From Octopus vulgaris (lineage: Eukaryota), in assembly GCA_951406725.2 (NCBI GenBank), contig OX597816.1, positions 3,100,001 to 3,164,000 on the forward strand: a stretch of 64,000 bases of DNA, written 5' to 3'. Below the pieces are notes generated by a model, which saw only the letters and a list, made by a program, of their open reading frames with translations, was not told the origin of the DNA and made no database searches. A program made the position numbers and the translations under genes. Shown piece by piece: positions 1-15,006 of this stretch (positions within the stretch are counted from its first letter, which is position 1; each line of letters starts with the position of its first letter).

Positions 1-46
1 GTAGATTTCCAAGCTAAGACACCGGTTCTTCACTCGTATTTTTCAG

Positions 47-229
47 ATTCAATAAAAATATGCAAGACTTTTCCAGAGGGAGACACTCAGCCATTCTTGA
101 AGGTCAAAACGGAACTGTTAGCGTTGTTGTTAACCAAATTCCATCGATGGGGATTTGTTTCTTTGTTGGAAACCAGTTCCTGCCTTCATACAAGAATTCT
201 AATAAAGAGGGAAAAGAAGGAAGGAACAG
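47..229 (+). CDS. Candidate internal coding exon (183 bp), product unknown
   Basis: Preceded by tatttttcag (acceptor-like) and followed by ag|gtatgt (donor-like). Non-repetitive and open in two frames (FNKNMQDFSRGRH...KEGRN; SIKICKTF...KEGT). No homologue recognised, and the donor GT is also the start of a (TATG)n tract. Confidence 0.3.
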
Positions 230-687
230 GTATGTATGTATGTATGTATGTATCTATGTATGTATGTATGTATGTATGTATGTATGTATGTATGTATGTA
301 TGTATGTTTGTGTGTATGTATGTATGTATGTATGTATGTGTGTATGCATGTATGTGTGTATGTATGTATGTACGTATGTATGTATGTATGTATGTATGTA
401 TGTATGTATGTATGTGTGTGTGTATGTATGTATGTATGTATGTATGTATGTATGTATGTATGTATGTATGTACGTACGTATGTGTGTATGTATGTGTGTA
501 TGTATGTGTGTGTGTATGTATGCATGTGTGTGTGTGTATGTATGTATGTATGTATGTATGTATGTATGTATGTATGTATGCATGTATGTGTGTGTGTATG
601 TATGTATGTATGTATGCATGTATGTATGTACGTACGTATGTATGTATGTACGTACGTATGCATGCATCTATGTATGTATATATGTAA
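230..687. repeat. (TATG)n/(TG)n microsatellite
   Basis: Direct reading; explains the MYVC/HTYI ORFs. Confidence 0.97.
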
Positions 688-716
688 GCATGTACACAAC
701 CTTACATTTTCAGGAG

Positions 717-787
717 CATCATCATCATCATCATCGTCGTCGTCGTCATCATCAACATCATCATCATCATCATCGTCGTCGTCATCG

Positions 788-831
<44 letters not shown>

Positions 832-1324
832 GTCATCGTCACCATCTTCGTCATCATCGTCGTCGTCGTCGTCGTCGTCATCGTCATCAGCTCCAAGCGC
901 GATCTTCCAAGAGTGCTCCTAACCGCCTCCGCCACCGCCGCCGCCGTCGCCTCCCTCTCCCTCTCGCGCGCTCTTTTAATTGCTGTAACCGATACTGTTG
1001 TTGTGGAGTCAGTCTCTTCTGCTTTTGTGGTCAGCGATCGTCACCGGTCAGGACAGTGGTACACCATTGGCGGCGATGCTGATGCTGATGCTGGTGGTGG
1101 TGGTGGTGGTGGTGGTGGTGAGAAGAGCGGGGACAGTGTGGGAGATGGTAGTGGTGGTGGTGGGGGCCGCCGCTGGTCGTGGTGGTAAAATCGTAGTTAC
1201 AGCATTAGTTAGTGGTGATGAGGGTGGTTGTGGTGGAGACGATGTCAGTGGTGATGTGGATGGCGGTAGTGGTAGCAGTAGTAACGGTAGTAGTATAAGT
1301 AGTTGTAATAGTAGTAGCAGCGGT

Positions 1325-1375
<51 letters not shown>

Positions 1376-1432
1376 TGTTGTTGTTGTAGTAGTAGTAGTA
1401 GCGGTGGTATTAGCAGCAACAGCGGTAGTAGT

Positions 1433-1500
<68 letters not shown>

Positions 1501-1787
1501 GGATGGTAGTGGTGTTGATGAAGGTGATGGTATAGGTGGTAGTGTTGGAATGCTCTTTGGCTGCTATAAATGGTGCTGGTGGCTGTAGGTGAAGTAGACG
1601 TACAAGTGGTGGTGTATGTGGTGGCAAACGTAGCAGTGACGGACGTAGTATGGGTGTTGGTTGTGGTAATGATGGAAATATAATCGTTGCGGTTGCAGCG
1701 GTGGAGGGAATGGTAGTAGCAGTAGTAGTAGTAGTTGTAGTAGTAGTAGTAGTAGCAGCAGTAGGAGTAGTAGTAGTAGTTGCGGCG

Positions 1788-1827
<40 letters not shown>

Positions 1828-2075
1828 CGGTGCAGCAGTAGTAGTATTAGTTGTAGTAGTAGTAGTAGTAGTAGTAGCGGTGGTGGTGGTATTGTGAGTG
1901 TAAAAGTGCTGTTGTTGGTATTGCAATTACAGTAGAGCATATAGTGGTGGCGGTGGTGATGTGGTGGCGGTGGTGATGTGGTGGCGGTGGTACAAGTGAT
2001 GGTAGCTGTGGCAACGGAGTAGTGGTGCCTTTTATTGTTCAAGCTACTGTTGTAGTAGCCATAGAGATGGCGGTG
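717..2075. repeat. Compound trinucleotide tract (CAT/CGT, GGT, AGT, AGC)
   Basis: Direct reading. Confidence 0.93.
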
Positions 2076-2103
2076 GGATGTTGGTAACATTAATTGTTAC
2101 GAA

Positions 2104-2470
2104 GGCGGTGAGGTCTTCACGCCCTCAGTTCAAATTCTGCCGAGGTCGACTTTACCTTTTATCCTTTCGGGGTCGATAAAATAAGTACCAGTTGCATACT
2201 GGGGTCGATGTAATCGACTCAACCCCTACCCTAAAATTGCCGCCCTTGTGGCAAAATTTGAAACCATTATTATTATTGTTGTTATTAAGGCGGCAGAATC
2301 GTTGGCGCGGCGACAAAAATGTTTAGCGTTGTTTTTTCCGGTTCTTAAATACTTCGGAGGCCAACCTTGCCTTTTTGTCCTTTTGGAAGCGATAAAATAA
2401 AGTATCAGTTGATCACTTGGATCCCTGTAGTCCACTATGCCCCTCCCCTCAAAACAGTTGGCCTTGTGTA
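2104..2470 (+). mobile_element. Two decayed family-A SINEs (tRNA-like head plus Nin/Deu-like domain)
   Basis: gttcaaattctgccgaggtcgactttaccttttatcctttcggggtcgataaaataagtaccag at about 2128-2191; second, more degraded copy from about 2289. Confidence 0.85.
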
Positions 2471-2761
2471 TTATTCATGAGTAGCAATGGTATATTATAG
2501 GGGAAGGGACCAAATGCTGATAATTAAGATCCTGTTAAAATTTTGTAATGTTTTCGATATTGAAAAACTTTTAAATGTTCAAATTCTCTCGTGGGTTGTG
2601 GGCTGTACCCATGGGAACATTTTTTTTGTAGTTCTGATATTTTTTGGGTTTCTTGGTAATTGACTAGGGTATTTAAGGGTGTCTTTTGGTATTGTCTCCA
2701 AATCTCCGAAGATCACACGTACAGTTGTCGCTCTTAGATGTCACATTTTGAGACCTCCATT

Positions 2762-2795
<34 letters not shown>

Positions 2796-3271
2796 CCACC
2801 CCACCTCCTCCTTCTCCGCTTCTTCCTCGTCGTCGTTATCATCGTCATCATCATGATCATCATGATCGTCATCATCATCACCGCTACTTTGGTATGGCGA
2901 CTGTTTAACTCAGGTGTGAGGAAACTTTTTAGTGCTGCGGGAAAAAATTTACAAAGGAAAAGGTCCACACGCAGACCACAAGTTCTAACCCTTATTTCTC
3001 TATAAACACTGAATTTAGGACGTTTATATTAATTATAAGGTATTCTACATTTTTCAGCTAGGGTGTAGTTGGGTCTCAAGGGGTTGGTACAAACCTAGCA
3101 ATATGTGTTTTATAGTGAAAGTAAAATTTCCATTCCAATGGCAATTACCAGACGAGTTTCTGTTCGTGTCTAATCGTTTTAAGTCGTAGTGGAAAAGCGA
3201 CCGAAGTTGCAAAGAGACATACGAATATTATATAAATTTTATAATTGAAAAATTTATTATATATGTATATA

Positions 3272-3690
3272 GGCGCAGGAGTGGCTGTGTGGTAAGTAGC
3301 TTGCTAACCAACCACATGGTTCCGGGTTCAGTCCCACTGCGTGGCATCTTGGGCAAGTGTCTTCTGCTATAGCCCCGGGCCGACCAAAGCCTTGTGAGTG
3401 GATTTGGTAGATGGAAACTGAAAGAAGCCTGTCGTATATATGTATATATATATATGTGTGTGTGTATATGTTTGTGTGTCTGTGTTTGTCCCCCTAGCAT
3501 TGCTTGACAACCGATGCTGGTGTGTTTACGTCCCCGCCACTTAGCGGTTCGGCAAAAGAGACCGATAGAATAAGTACTGGGCTTACAAAGAATAAGTCCC
3601 GGGGTCGATTTGCTCGACTAAAGGCGGTGCTCCAGCATGGCCGCAGTCAAATGACTGAAACAAGTAAAAGAGTAAAAGAGTAAAAGAGAG
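3272..3690 (+). mobile_element. Full-length family-B SINE (tRNA-like head, CORE-like cttgggcaagt, internal TA/TG tract, (AGTAAAAG)n tail)
   Basis: A-box-like tggctgtgtgg and B-box-like ggttcagtccc; near-identical copies at 39922, 51546 and 54678. Confidence 0.92.
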
Positions 3691-4195
3691 TATACGAATA
3701 TACCAGCCTGTGGGCGCAATAAAGTGGGCTCGCGGAGGTTTCTCCACCCCCTGGATTAACTAGTACCCTTATCCTGAGACTTATCTCTCGTGACGATGAT
3801 CATGGTGATAATGATGATGATGAAGACGACAGCGAAAAACGACGACGGCGAAAGAAGGCGAAAGAAGGCGAACGGTCGGTGGAGATGTTGTGAATGTTGT
3901 TGAATCTCTAAACATGATAAAGTTAATAGTTTCGTTCTTTGTGTTTAACATTTATTGCGGAACGGCAAAAGAATGTTGTTGAGTGATGGGACGGTGAGTG
4001 GTTGCTGAGTGGTCGGGTGGTTAGACGGGTGAATGGACGGGTGGTGGGCGTTTGTGACGGTTAAAGACACAAGACAAGACCACCCCCCTTTCTTCTAAAC
4101 ATTTGTAATCAAATACTGGAACAGCAGATCGATCATTCTAGACAACTTAAATAATGGAGAAACTTTACTGTTTGGTAAATCTTTTGTGAGGTACG

Positions 4196-4395
<200 letters not shown>

Positions 4396-4714
4396 CCTGT
4401 CCCTGTATGTGTGACACGATATGTGTATGTGTGTGAGGGAGACTATAAATGTATATATGTATGAACGTGTGTGTGTGGATTTGTGCATTTGTAAGCGTAT
4501 ATGTGTACGTTTTTCTGAGTGTATGTATATGCGGGTACTATATATGCATATGTGTCTGTATATGTGTGTGTATGTGTGCGAGAGACTATATGTGTATATG
4601 CGTGTGCGTGCGTGCGAGTGTGTGTCCAATGTTTCGCTTCTGTTTTGTTATCTTTACCGAATTAAAAGTACCCGACATAAAAGGGGTCCCGTGTCTAGCC
4701 GTGCCCTTTTCTCT

Positions 4715-5160
4715 CACTGCCTGCTAATACTATCCTAGGACTATTTTCTCTATGTTATGGGTCGGTTGGAGGTTTTCAATTACGCATTTCTCTGTATATT
4801 TATTAAATCATTCCCAAAGCATCTACCATTGCAGAGATTATTTCTGTTTCTGGCCACCAGATTCGGGTTATCTCTATTTCCAGATCTCTATATTTTGATA
4901 ATTTCTCCATTTCCTTTTGAGCTAAATTATCTGTTAGGACTGATTTATCGTTTAGCGGACATTTCTTTTCCTGGTGGTCCTTAAGATCAATATCTGGTCT
5001 ATTAATCTTCTCACCTTTGTCTGTGTGTATTGGTATATCCCAGGCTATGGTCGCTGTGCCATTCTTAGAAGCCGCTACTGCTCCATGTCTATATTTGCCC
5101 CACTTCTCTTGATGTTTTATGACAGAGCTATAACTTCCAGTGTAAGTCCCAACGCTCTCG
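4715..5160 (-). mobile_element. Decayed R4/Dong-like LINE, restriction-like endonuclease region
   Basis: Minus-strand translation gives WDIPIHTDKGEKINRPDI and KEMEKLSKYRDLEIEITRIW, matching the better-preserved copy at 17170-17608. Confidence 0.75.
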
Positions 5161-5616
5161 AGGAGGCGATGGATATATTCTTTCTTGGCTAAGACCGAAC
5201 AGCCAGAGAGAAAGAAAGGGAGAAAGAGAAGAGAGAGAAGGGAGGGAGATTAATCGTTTCTTTCCCTTCACAACATCTTTAATATCTCTATTTTAGTGCA
5301 TCAGTCGAAGAATCCACTTTCCATTCAACTTCATCTATTATTTTACTTAAACTGGTGATATTGATGGATGTATTTGTTTTGATTAAATCTCCCGTTGTTG
5401 TTGTTGTTGCAATTTTTTCTTCGATTTTTCTCTCTCCCCCCAGAGACACTTTCTTTGGTCCACAGCAATATCTACTCTTAGTCATTTTGAAAATATTTCC
5501 ACAATCTTCGTCGCCTTCTGTTTCATTTATATTCTTGTTTATGTTCTTCTGAGTCAGTTTTTGCCGGTCAGTTTTATTGAAGATATTCAAAGGCTTCGAT
5601 GTGTTAGGTTTTGATA

Positions 5617-5935
5617 TCTTTATATATAAAAGTGAAGTTGTGTGTCTGTCTCCTACGATTTAGATTCCTAACTAGCGCGCGTCTACGATGAGTCTACGAT
5701 TTAAAAAAAAATTTACCATCATTTTTTTCCATTTTAATGCATTTTTTCGCTATTATATAAGGGAAGTAACTCTCTAAAAATGTATACGATGAGTCAACGA
5801 TTAAAAAAAAAATTTACCATCATTTGTTTTCCGTTTTTAATGCATTTTTTTGCTATTTTTTGGCTATAACTCTCTAAAAATGCATATATGGTTATTTCCC
5901 TTACAAAGCCAAGCAACGCCGGGCGATACTGCTAG
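5617..5935 (+). mobile_element. Non-autonomous Helitron
   Basis: Begins a|TCTTTATATATAAAAGTG and ends with GC-rich gcaacgccgggcgatactg followed by CTAG|t. Inserted between A and T; contains an internal ~100-bp duplication. Confidence 0.8.
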
Positions 5936-5949
5936 TTTGCTATATATTT

Positions 5950-6960
5950 TTTACGATGGTTAGTTCTTTGTGGTTTATATTATCGATGTTTTTATAATTA
6001 TTAATTGTTTGAGTTCGTCACCTTTGTTTTTCGTAATAAATTCTTGCCTTTGAATCTCATATTTCTATTTCTGGTATTTTGTGTTTGAGAATTCATCTTC
6101 TTAAGTTACCTAACCTGTTGGGTATTCAGTGATAGTTATAGATCCGAGTTGTATTCCCTCCACATTTTGTCTTACTTTCGCTTTGAAATTAGAGTGTTGC
6201 TGTAAAATATAGATGCAGAATCAACACACAGGCCTCTCACGTTCGTATATGTCTTTTCTGGTTCATCTGCTAGTCTTGAGGAGTAAAGACCATCAATGAT
6301 TAACCAGCATCCCAGAAATGCTGCTCTGAACGGAATTAATGGTGCGTTAGTCATCGTGCCCGACATCAGAAGGACCAGGAGGAGGAAGAGGAGAAGAAGA
6401 AAGAGAAGTAGGAGGAGCAAGAAAAGAAGACTGGGTATTTGTATTGAGAGCAGAGTAGAATATTTCGCTAAGGAGGTCTAATAAGGCGTAAACGCTCCCG
6501 TTACTGTTACAACTAGGTTTTAAAGATACAATTCACTTCTGACGTCATTATCTTTATTATCTAACAACTGATTTTATCTCCTTTCGTTGTCTCCTTTTAA
6601 TTTATAAACACCTCCATAACGAACTTATTTCTCTACTAAATGCTTTACTACTCTCAGTCAATAGAAGGTTTTTCAACTCACTGCATTACATTGTATTCCA
6701 GTGTGCGAGATGATCTTCCGGTGGTAGATTTATATCAGCCATATTGCTGACCTTTGTAGCTAACACATTAACCATTCGTTCTGTGTTTCTCGCCCCCAAT
6801 CTCTCTGCAAATGCATTCACATAAAGTGTTTTACGTCAGAAGCATTCAAGTCATTTCTTTCAGCTTATTTATGTTTTGATTATGTAAATTAACCTCCTCC
6901 ATAAATGCCTTCTTTTTCTGGTACATAATTACGTCTTATTCCTGCCGGAGTCAAAATAGA
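5950..6960 (-). mobile_element. Heavily degraded LINE reverse-transcriptase remnants, possibly continuing the R4/Dong-like element
   Basis: Weak peptide resemblance only, with many stops. Confidence 0.3.
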
Positions 6961-6970
6961 GTAACTGCTG

Positions 6971-7553
6971 TCATCATCATTCATCATTGTTCGACCGTGG
7001 TCGAGACAATGGAATTTACCATGCTACGCCAGACTTCACGGTCCATCATAGCATTACGGAGGTCCTGTTGCTGGATGCCTGTATCCCTGGAGATTACATC
7101 AGGGTAGGAGAGTGTGTGTCCTCTGGTATTGCGAGTAGATGGCTTCCAGAGGAGAAGAGCAGAAATTACCTCGTTTTCAGCTCTACAACAATGTCCAGCA
7201 AACTGGAATCTCCTACCTTTCACAAGAGATGACACAGGTGGTAGTTTCCCATATATTTGCATTTTGGTTGGATGGCGCCTCCACAAGAGATTTTGAGCTC
7301 TCATAAGGAGGCGAGTGTAAGTTCCATCCAACTGCCTCTCAAGCTTCTTTGATAACGTCCAGGTTTCTGAGCCATATAGTAGAATTGGTTCGACTGTGGC
7401 TTTGAAGATTTCAAGTTTGAAGTCTCTACTTAGATTTGATGACCAGATCTTATGCATGTCATTACAGGCTGACCAGGCCATACCCTTTCTAGTTAGAAAG
7501 TCTTTTCCAGATGATGATATGTATGACCCAAGATATTTATAATCAGAAACCAT
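6971..7553 (-). mobile_element. 5'-truncated RTE-group LINE (ORF C-terminus)
   Basis: ORF 6984..7553 contains YKYLGS, ILLYGSETWTL and FAGHC; it ends in a short (ATG)n-type tail. Confidence 0.9.
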
Positions 7554-7886
7554 ATTTAAGGGCGCACTGATGACGTACAGTGAGGCAGAAACACGTGTCT
7601 CAGCTGGCAGACCTCAATATACTTATGATTTAGAGTAAAGGATCTGCTGAGTACACAGCACGATATGAATTAATGATTGACAAAAGAACAAGAGTTAAAT
7701 AACCCCCTTCATTATCTTACAACTGTTTTTGCTATGGGAAGCATTGCTCGGCAAGTAATGTTGCATAAATGACTCCGAGGAAGCCATAACATGTTGCATG
7801 GGCACTCAGCACTGCGTGCAATGACTTCTTGTTGCAGAAACAGCTACAAGCTAATGAAAGTGCTTAGGTAACTCCTGCTCTTTTGA

Positions 7887-9565
<1,679 letters not shown>

Positions 9566-9889
9566 CGCATACATATATATACATGCATAGGTACATGTAC
9601 CCCACCGACCCCTTTTAATAACACCAACAACAAGAATAAACAGCAAGACCTAGCAAGTAACGGAAAAGCCTTTCAGTGGCCCCTTGCTGAGCGCAAGTCA
9701 TTGAACGACAGGTGAAGCCTTCAAGATCCACGTGTCCGGATGAATTTCATCGGCCTACTGGCACGCTCGCTGTGGCCCCTACACTCTTTCACTGATTCGT
9801 AGGGAAGGCGAGCCTGGCTGCACGCACCCATCACAGGTGTTAGAAATAGGAAAATAGGAAGCAGCTACCGAAATGGATACCAGGGTCTC

Positions 9890-10390
<501 letters not shown>

Positions 10391-10398
10391 TGTATATA

Positions 10399-10554
10399 GG
10401 CACAGGAGTGTCTGTGTGGTAAGAAGCTTGCTTCTCAACCGCGTGGTTCTGGGTTCAAACCCACTGCGTAGCACCTTGGGTAAGTCTCTTCTACTATAGC
10501 CACGGGTCGACCAAAGCCTTGTGAGCAGATTTGGTTGACGGAAACTGAAAGAAA

Positions 10555-10595
<41 letters not shown>

Positions 10596-10838
10596 GTGTG
10601 TGTGTATTTATGTATGTATGTATGTGTATATTTATGTGTGTGTGTGTTTGTCCTCCAACGTCGTTTGACAACCGATATTAGTGTGTTTACGTCTCCGTAA
10701 CTTAACAGTTCGCCCCCCACCCCCCCAAAAAAAACTATAGAATAAGTACTAGGCTTACAGAGAATAAGTTCCAGGGTTGATTTGTTCGATTAAAGTGCTC
10801 CAGCATGGCCACAGTCAAATGGCTGAAACAAGTAAAAG
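10399..10838 (+). mobile_element. Family-B SINE
   Basis: Collinear with 3272-3690. Confidence 0.88.
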
Positions 10839-10845
10839 AACAAAT

Positions 10846-10879
<34 letters not shown>

Positions 10880-10890
10880 TATACATACTA

Positions 10891-10925
<35 letters not shown>

Positions 10926-11827
10926 TCTGTTGCTGTTAGGGGAATAACTAAAAAATTGGGTGAGTTGTTAGAGTGGGGGGCGGTGGCTAAAGGAGCAATG
11001 GGATCTGTGCCCTTAATACTAAAGGGGGGAAAATGGGGAAATATCCATCCACCCGGGGTGACATACGTAGAAGGCATCAACAATAAAACACAAAAATCTT
11101 GACCGCCCTCCACCCCACCCTGAAACGACAAGAAGAAGAAGAAGAAGAAGAAGAAGAAGAAAATTAGCTCGACTGAATAATAATGTATTTAGTTTGGAAA
11201 TATCAGTTGAGCGGGTGGATGGAGCGGGTAGATGGAGCGGGTGGATGGTGGGGGTGAACGAGTGGACCGATGGATGGGAGGTGGTGGACGGTGAGTTTGA
11301 ACGGATAGTGTGTGTGCGACGGGGTGTTTGTGTGTATGGTGGGTGTGGTGAGATAAGAAGGGTGGATATCAGTCGGGTGTCGGGTATCAAGCAACCTCGA
11401 CCGAGGGTTAACAGGTACTACAGGAAATGGCCTTCTAATGTGTTCTCGTCTGGAAACAGCCGTACAATAGAGTACAGTGAAGTACAATGCAGTTATAAGT
11501 GCATTGTGCAACACTGCGCGGTGCTATATCCACCGGGGTATACAGCTCGATGCGATGCCGTCCTGCATTTTATATGCGTGCGCGACTGAAGAAATGACTG
11601 TTATTTACGTTTGAAGTCCATTGTCAACTTCTACATGATTATACAAACACACATACACATATATATACACACAGAGACATATAAAGCGAGACGTATTGTG
11701 TAAGACCGGAACAATGCGACACAAGTCTCTTTGAAGTAATATCCCACAGTGCTTCACCAAAACTACTTCGTTTTAATATATGAACATACACAGACACACA
11801 TGAAAAACAGACAATGCGCATATGTTG

Positions 11828-12025
11828 ATTCGTTAGCTACTGCACGCATTTTTTTCTCTCCTTCTTTCTGTGTTTTTCTCTCTCTGTGTATCTTTCTGTT
11901 GAAGAGCGTAGGCTCGAAACGTTAAAGACTTGTTTTATTTATATTTCCTGAGCGCCATACTAATACAATTGTTCGTTTGTTTTCCACCTGCCTTCGTCTT
12001 TTGTTTATTTTCATAAAGCTTCCCG

Positions 12026-12027
<2 letters not shown>
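11828..12027 (+). mobile_element. ~200-bp PLE-terminus-like element carrying a minimal hammerhead motif (11891-11928)
   Basis: tcttt-CTGTTGA-a-GAGC-gtag-GCTC-GAAAC-GTT-aaaga, ending in (TA)n. Related copies at 22400, 32176, 35179 and 47990. Confidence 0.75.
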
Positions 12028-12065
<38 letters not shown>

Positions 12066-12220
12066 TATAATTATAATTTACAGTATCTAAGAGATACCAC
12101 CAAAATAGCAGCGAAAATTGACTCTAAAACCTCATTAAATGTTCATACAACATTAGGAGAGAAGACAAAGGAACAAAATAAACTAGCAAAAAAAAAAAAA
12201 AATAATAATAATACTGGATA

Positions 12221-12279
12221 ATTCCAGATCCCGGATTTCTGGCTCTGCATAAGAAATGCTCTGCCTTCATCAATGGAAT
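12221..12279 (-). ncRNA. Type I hammerhead-like ribozyme, C3U variant
   Basis: Minus strand: attcca-TTGATGA-a-ggc..gcat/atgc..gcc-a-GAAA-tccggg-ATC-tggaat. Perfect 6-bp stem I and an AUC cleavage triplet. Confidence 0.65.
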
Positions 12280-12298
12280 ATACTCAGATAGCACATAA

Positions 12299-12337
<39 letters not shown>

Positions 12338-12378
12338 TGTATGTATGTATACGTTCGTATATGTAAGTATTCATATGT

Positions 12379-12420
<42 letters not shown>

Positions 12421-12439
12421 TGACATGCTGTACTGCTTG

Positions 12440-13038
12440 GCATTCGCGCCGGAAGCTCATGTAGAAACATTTCAGAGTGTTTAGCATAACGTTATGCCGC
12501 CATTCGTCTCCCCACACGGCCTCACACTCAACACGGAGGCCTACACCAAGTGTTTGGAGGAGGTAGTGCTGCCCTGGATCAAGAGGGTGGTTGCTGGAAG
12601 ACCCTATGTCTGGCAACAGAACTCTGCACTGTATCACACAAGCAGGAGAACCCAGTCATGGCTATCAGACAATTTCTGCGACCACATCACCCCTAACATC
12701 TGGTCACCAGACTGCAACCCCCTTAATTATTGTGTGTGGGGGCACAATTAAGCAAGCGACCAACAAAACTCCTTGTAACACCTAAGATGAACTGAAGGCA
12801 AGGCTTATGGCAGCATTCACCAACTTCAACAAGGAGGCCATCCAGAAGAGTTGCAAGAGATTCCAAAGTCGTCTGGAGACCATGGTTGAAGCCAATGGCG
12901 ACTTTATTGAATAAATTTACTCTTTAGTATTTCAAAATATTTTAATGTAAATTTGGTAAAATATATCTGTTAAATGAGATGCCAGTGTTGTGTTCCCTTC
13001 TTTATAATTGAGACGACAATTTATTCACCGCACCCTCT
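12440..13038 (+). mobile_element. Tc1/mariner-superfamily transposase 3' half and right end
   Basis: ORF 12494..12751 contains YVWQQNSA.YH and WSPDCNPLNYCVWG (decayed QQDxAP.H and SPDxNPxD motifs); ends caccctc-TA. Confidence 0.85.
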
Positions 13039-13045
13039 ATATATA

Positions 13046-14310
13046 TCAGGTCATTTAGAATGAAATGTCCAATTTTGAACTGAAAATTTATTTTACTTTA
13101 TCTCAACAAAAAGCAATGCAGTTAATCAAATTATCAACAGAATTTTGCCATTTTATCGGCAGCTTATTTATGCCGGCAGTGAAGAATTCTGGAGAGCAAG
13201 AGTTGATGAAATCACGAAAGGCTGTTTTTGCATCTTCGTCAGATTTGAAGTTTTTTTCCTTGACAAAAGTTGTCTAATGCCTAGAAAACGTGATAGTCAG
13301 TTGGTGCAAGGTCTGGTGAATATGGTGGGTGACAGAGTACTTCCAAGTTCAGTTCTTGTAACTTGAGTAACGCTCTTTGTGCAACACGTGGTCAAGCATT
13401 GTCTTACAAGAGAATTGGCCAGTCTCTCTTGACCAATCTCGGTTCTTTAATTGCAAGTTCATTCATCATTTCATCCAATTGGTTAATGTAGACATCCACT
13501 GTAATTGACTTACCAGGTCTCATAAAGCTGTAGTGGAAGACACCAGCGCTGGATCACCAAACAGACACTATTAGCTTTTTTTGGTGAACTTCTTTTTTGG
13601 ATTGTCTTTCGGCACTTCGTCTCTATCGAGGAGAATGCTTGCTATTGTTGAAAAGGATCCTTTTTTCATCACATCTAACAATACAATGCAAAAATGGTTC
13701 ACTTTGAAGCCGTGACAGCAAAGAACAGCAAGTTTAAAGATGACGAGTCATTTGATGCTCGTTCAGTTCGTGTGGTACCCACTTGTCCAACTTCTTTACC
13801 TTGCTGGTTTGTTTCGGATGGTCCGATACAATTGGAATCGAAACATGAAGCCTTGCTTCTAACTCACACTTAGTTTGAGATGTATTCGCTTTCACTACAG
13901 TTTCCAGCTCATCATTATCCACCTTGGTCCCAGGTCTACCACGGGACTGATTTTCAAGAGTAAAGTCACCAGACAGGAACATCTCGAACCATCGACGTAC
14001 AGTGCACTCAATCGACACATCTTCACCAAACACTTCATTGATGTTTCCAGCTGTCTGGGATGCATTGGTTCCACGACGGAGCTCATACTCATAAACAATA
14101 CGAATTTTTTTATCTATCCATGGGTTCACAAAAATTGATTTACAAGAGAGAACTTTCAATCTAATCAGACACCATGAATTGTATTTCGAAAAGTGATTAT
14201 CTAACTTTTCAATGTTGTACAACATAGAATTATCAAGATAAAACATTAGGATTAACGACTGTCAAACTTAGTGCATAAGAAAATCAAACATTTCATTCTT
14301 AATGATCTGA
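13046..14310 (-). mobile_element. Full-length decayed mariner element
   Basis: ORF 13734..14246 has TVRRWF, RGRP and WVPHEL. Imperfect ~31-bp TIRs (tcaggtcatttagaatgaaatgtccaatttt vs reverse complement tcagatcattaagaatgaaatgtttgatttt), flanked by TA. Confidence 0.93.
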
Positions 14311-14318
14311 TATGTGTC

Positions 14319-14359
<41 letters not shown>

Positions 14360-14426
14360 ATAGACAAAAGACGAAGGCATTTACGGAAATAAACAAAAGA
14401 CGAAGGCAGGTAATACAAACAAACAA

Positions 14427-14458
<32 letters not shown>

Positions 14459-14780
14459 CACACATATCTATTTAAAAAAGGAGTTTGAAAACGGCACTAT
14501 ATAGGATAAATTTTAATTTTATGAGAGATTTTACATGCTTCGGTTCTTCTTGAAAAAGCAAATCTTAAGAAAAAAAAAATATTTTTAAAAGTTAAGTGTA
14601 ATAAAAGAAAAGTTCATAATTATTTCTTACTAGTCTCAACAGAGTCGACGTGGAAGGGTTTTGTGTGTGGGAACATAATGGCTGTCTTGTGTGTTGACTA
14701 GAACCGTTGGCTGTAATAGTGAAAGTGACCGTTAGGTGTAATAGCAGCAGCAGTAGAGACCGTTGGTCGTAGTAGTAGTG

Positions 14781-14840
<60 letters not shown>

Positions 14841-15006
14841 ACCATGGTGGTAGTGATGGTTGGAGTTGGACAACTCCAACGATTCTTGTCAACACACAAG
14901 ACAGCCATTATGTACAGATCCGTGATAGAAAATTCAACAAAAAAATGTACTCCATTTGGTGAGAGATGAATATTATTTATTCAAAGGACACAAGACATGT
15001 CTTTAA

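Noticed and set aside
2500-2740. Penelope linker fragment on the minus strand (VPMGTAHNPR)
   Set aside because: A single short motif resemblance; insufficient.
7568-7600. Functional hammerhead (CTGATGA...GAAACACGTGTC)
   Set aside because: The core and palindromic stem III are present, but stems I and II do not pair; counted only as a remnant.
13734-14246. Domesticated SETMAR-like gene
   Set aside because: It has TIRs, TA flanks and a disrupted catalytic region, with no SET domain; an ordinary dead mariner.
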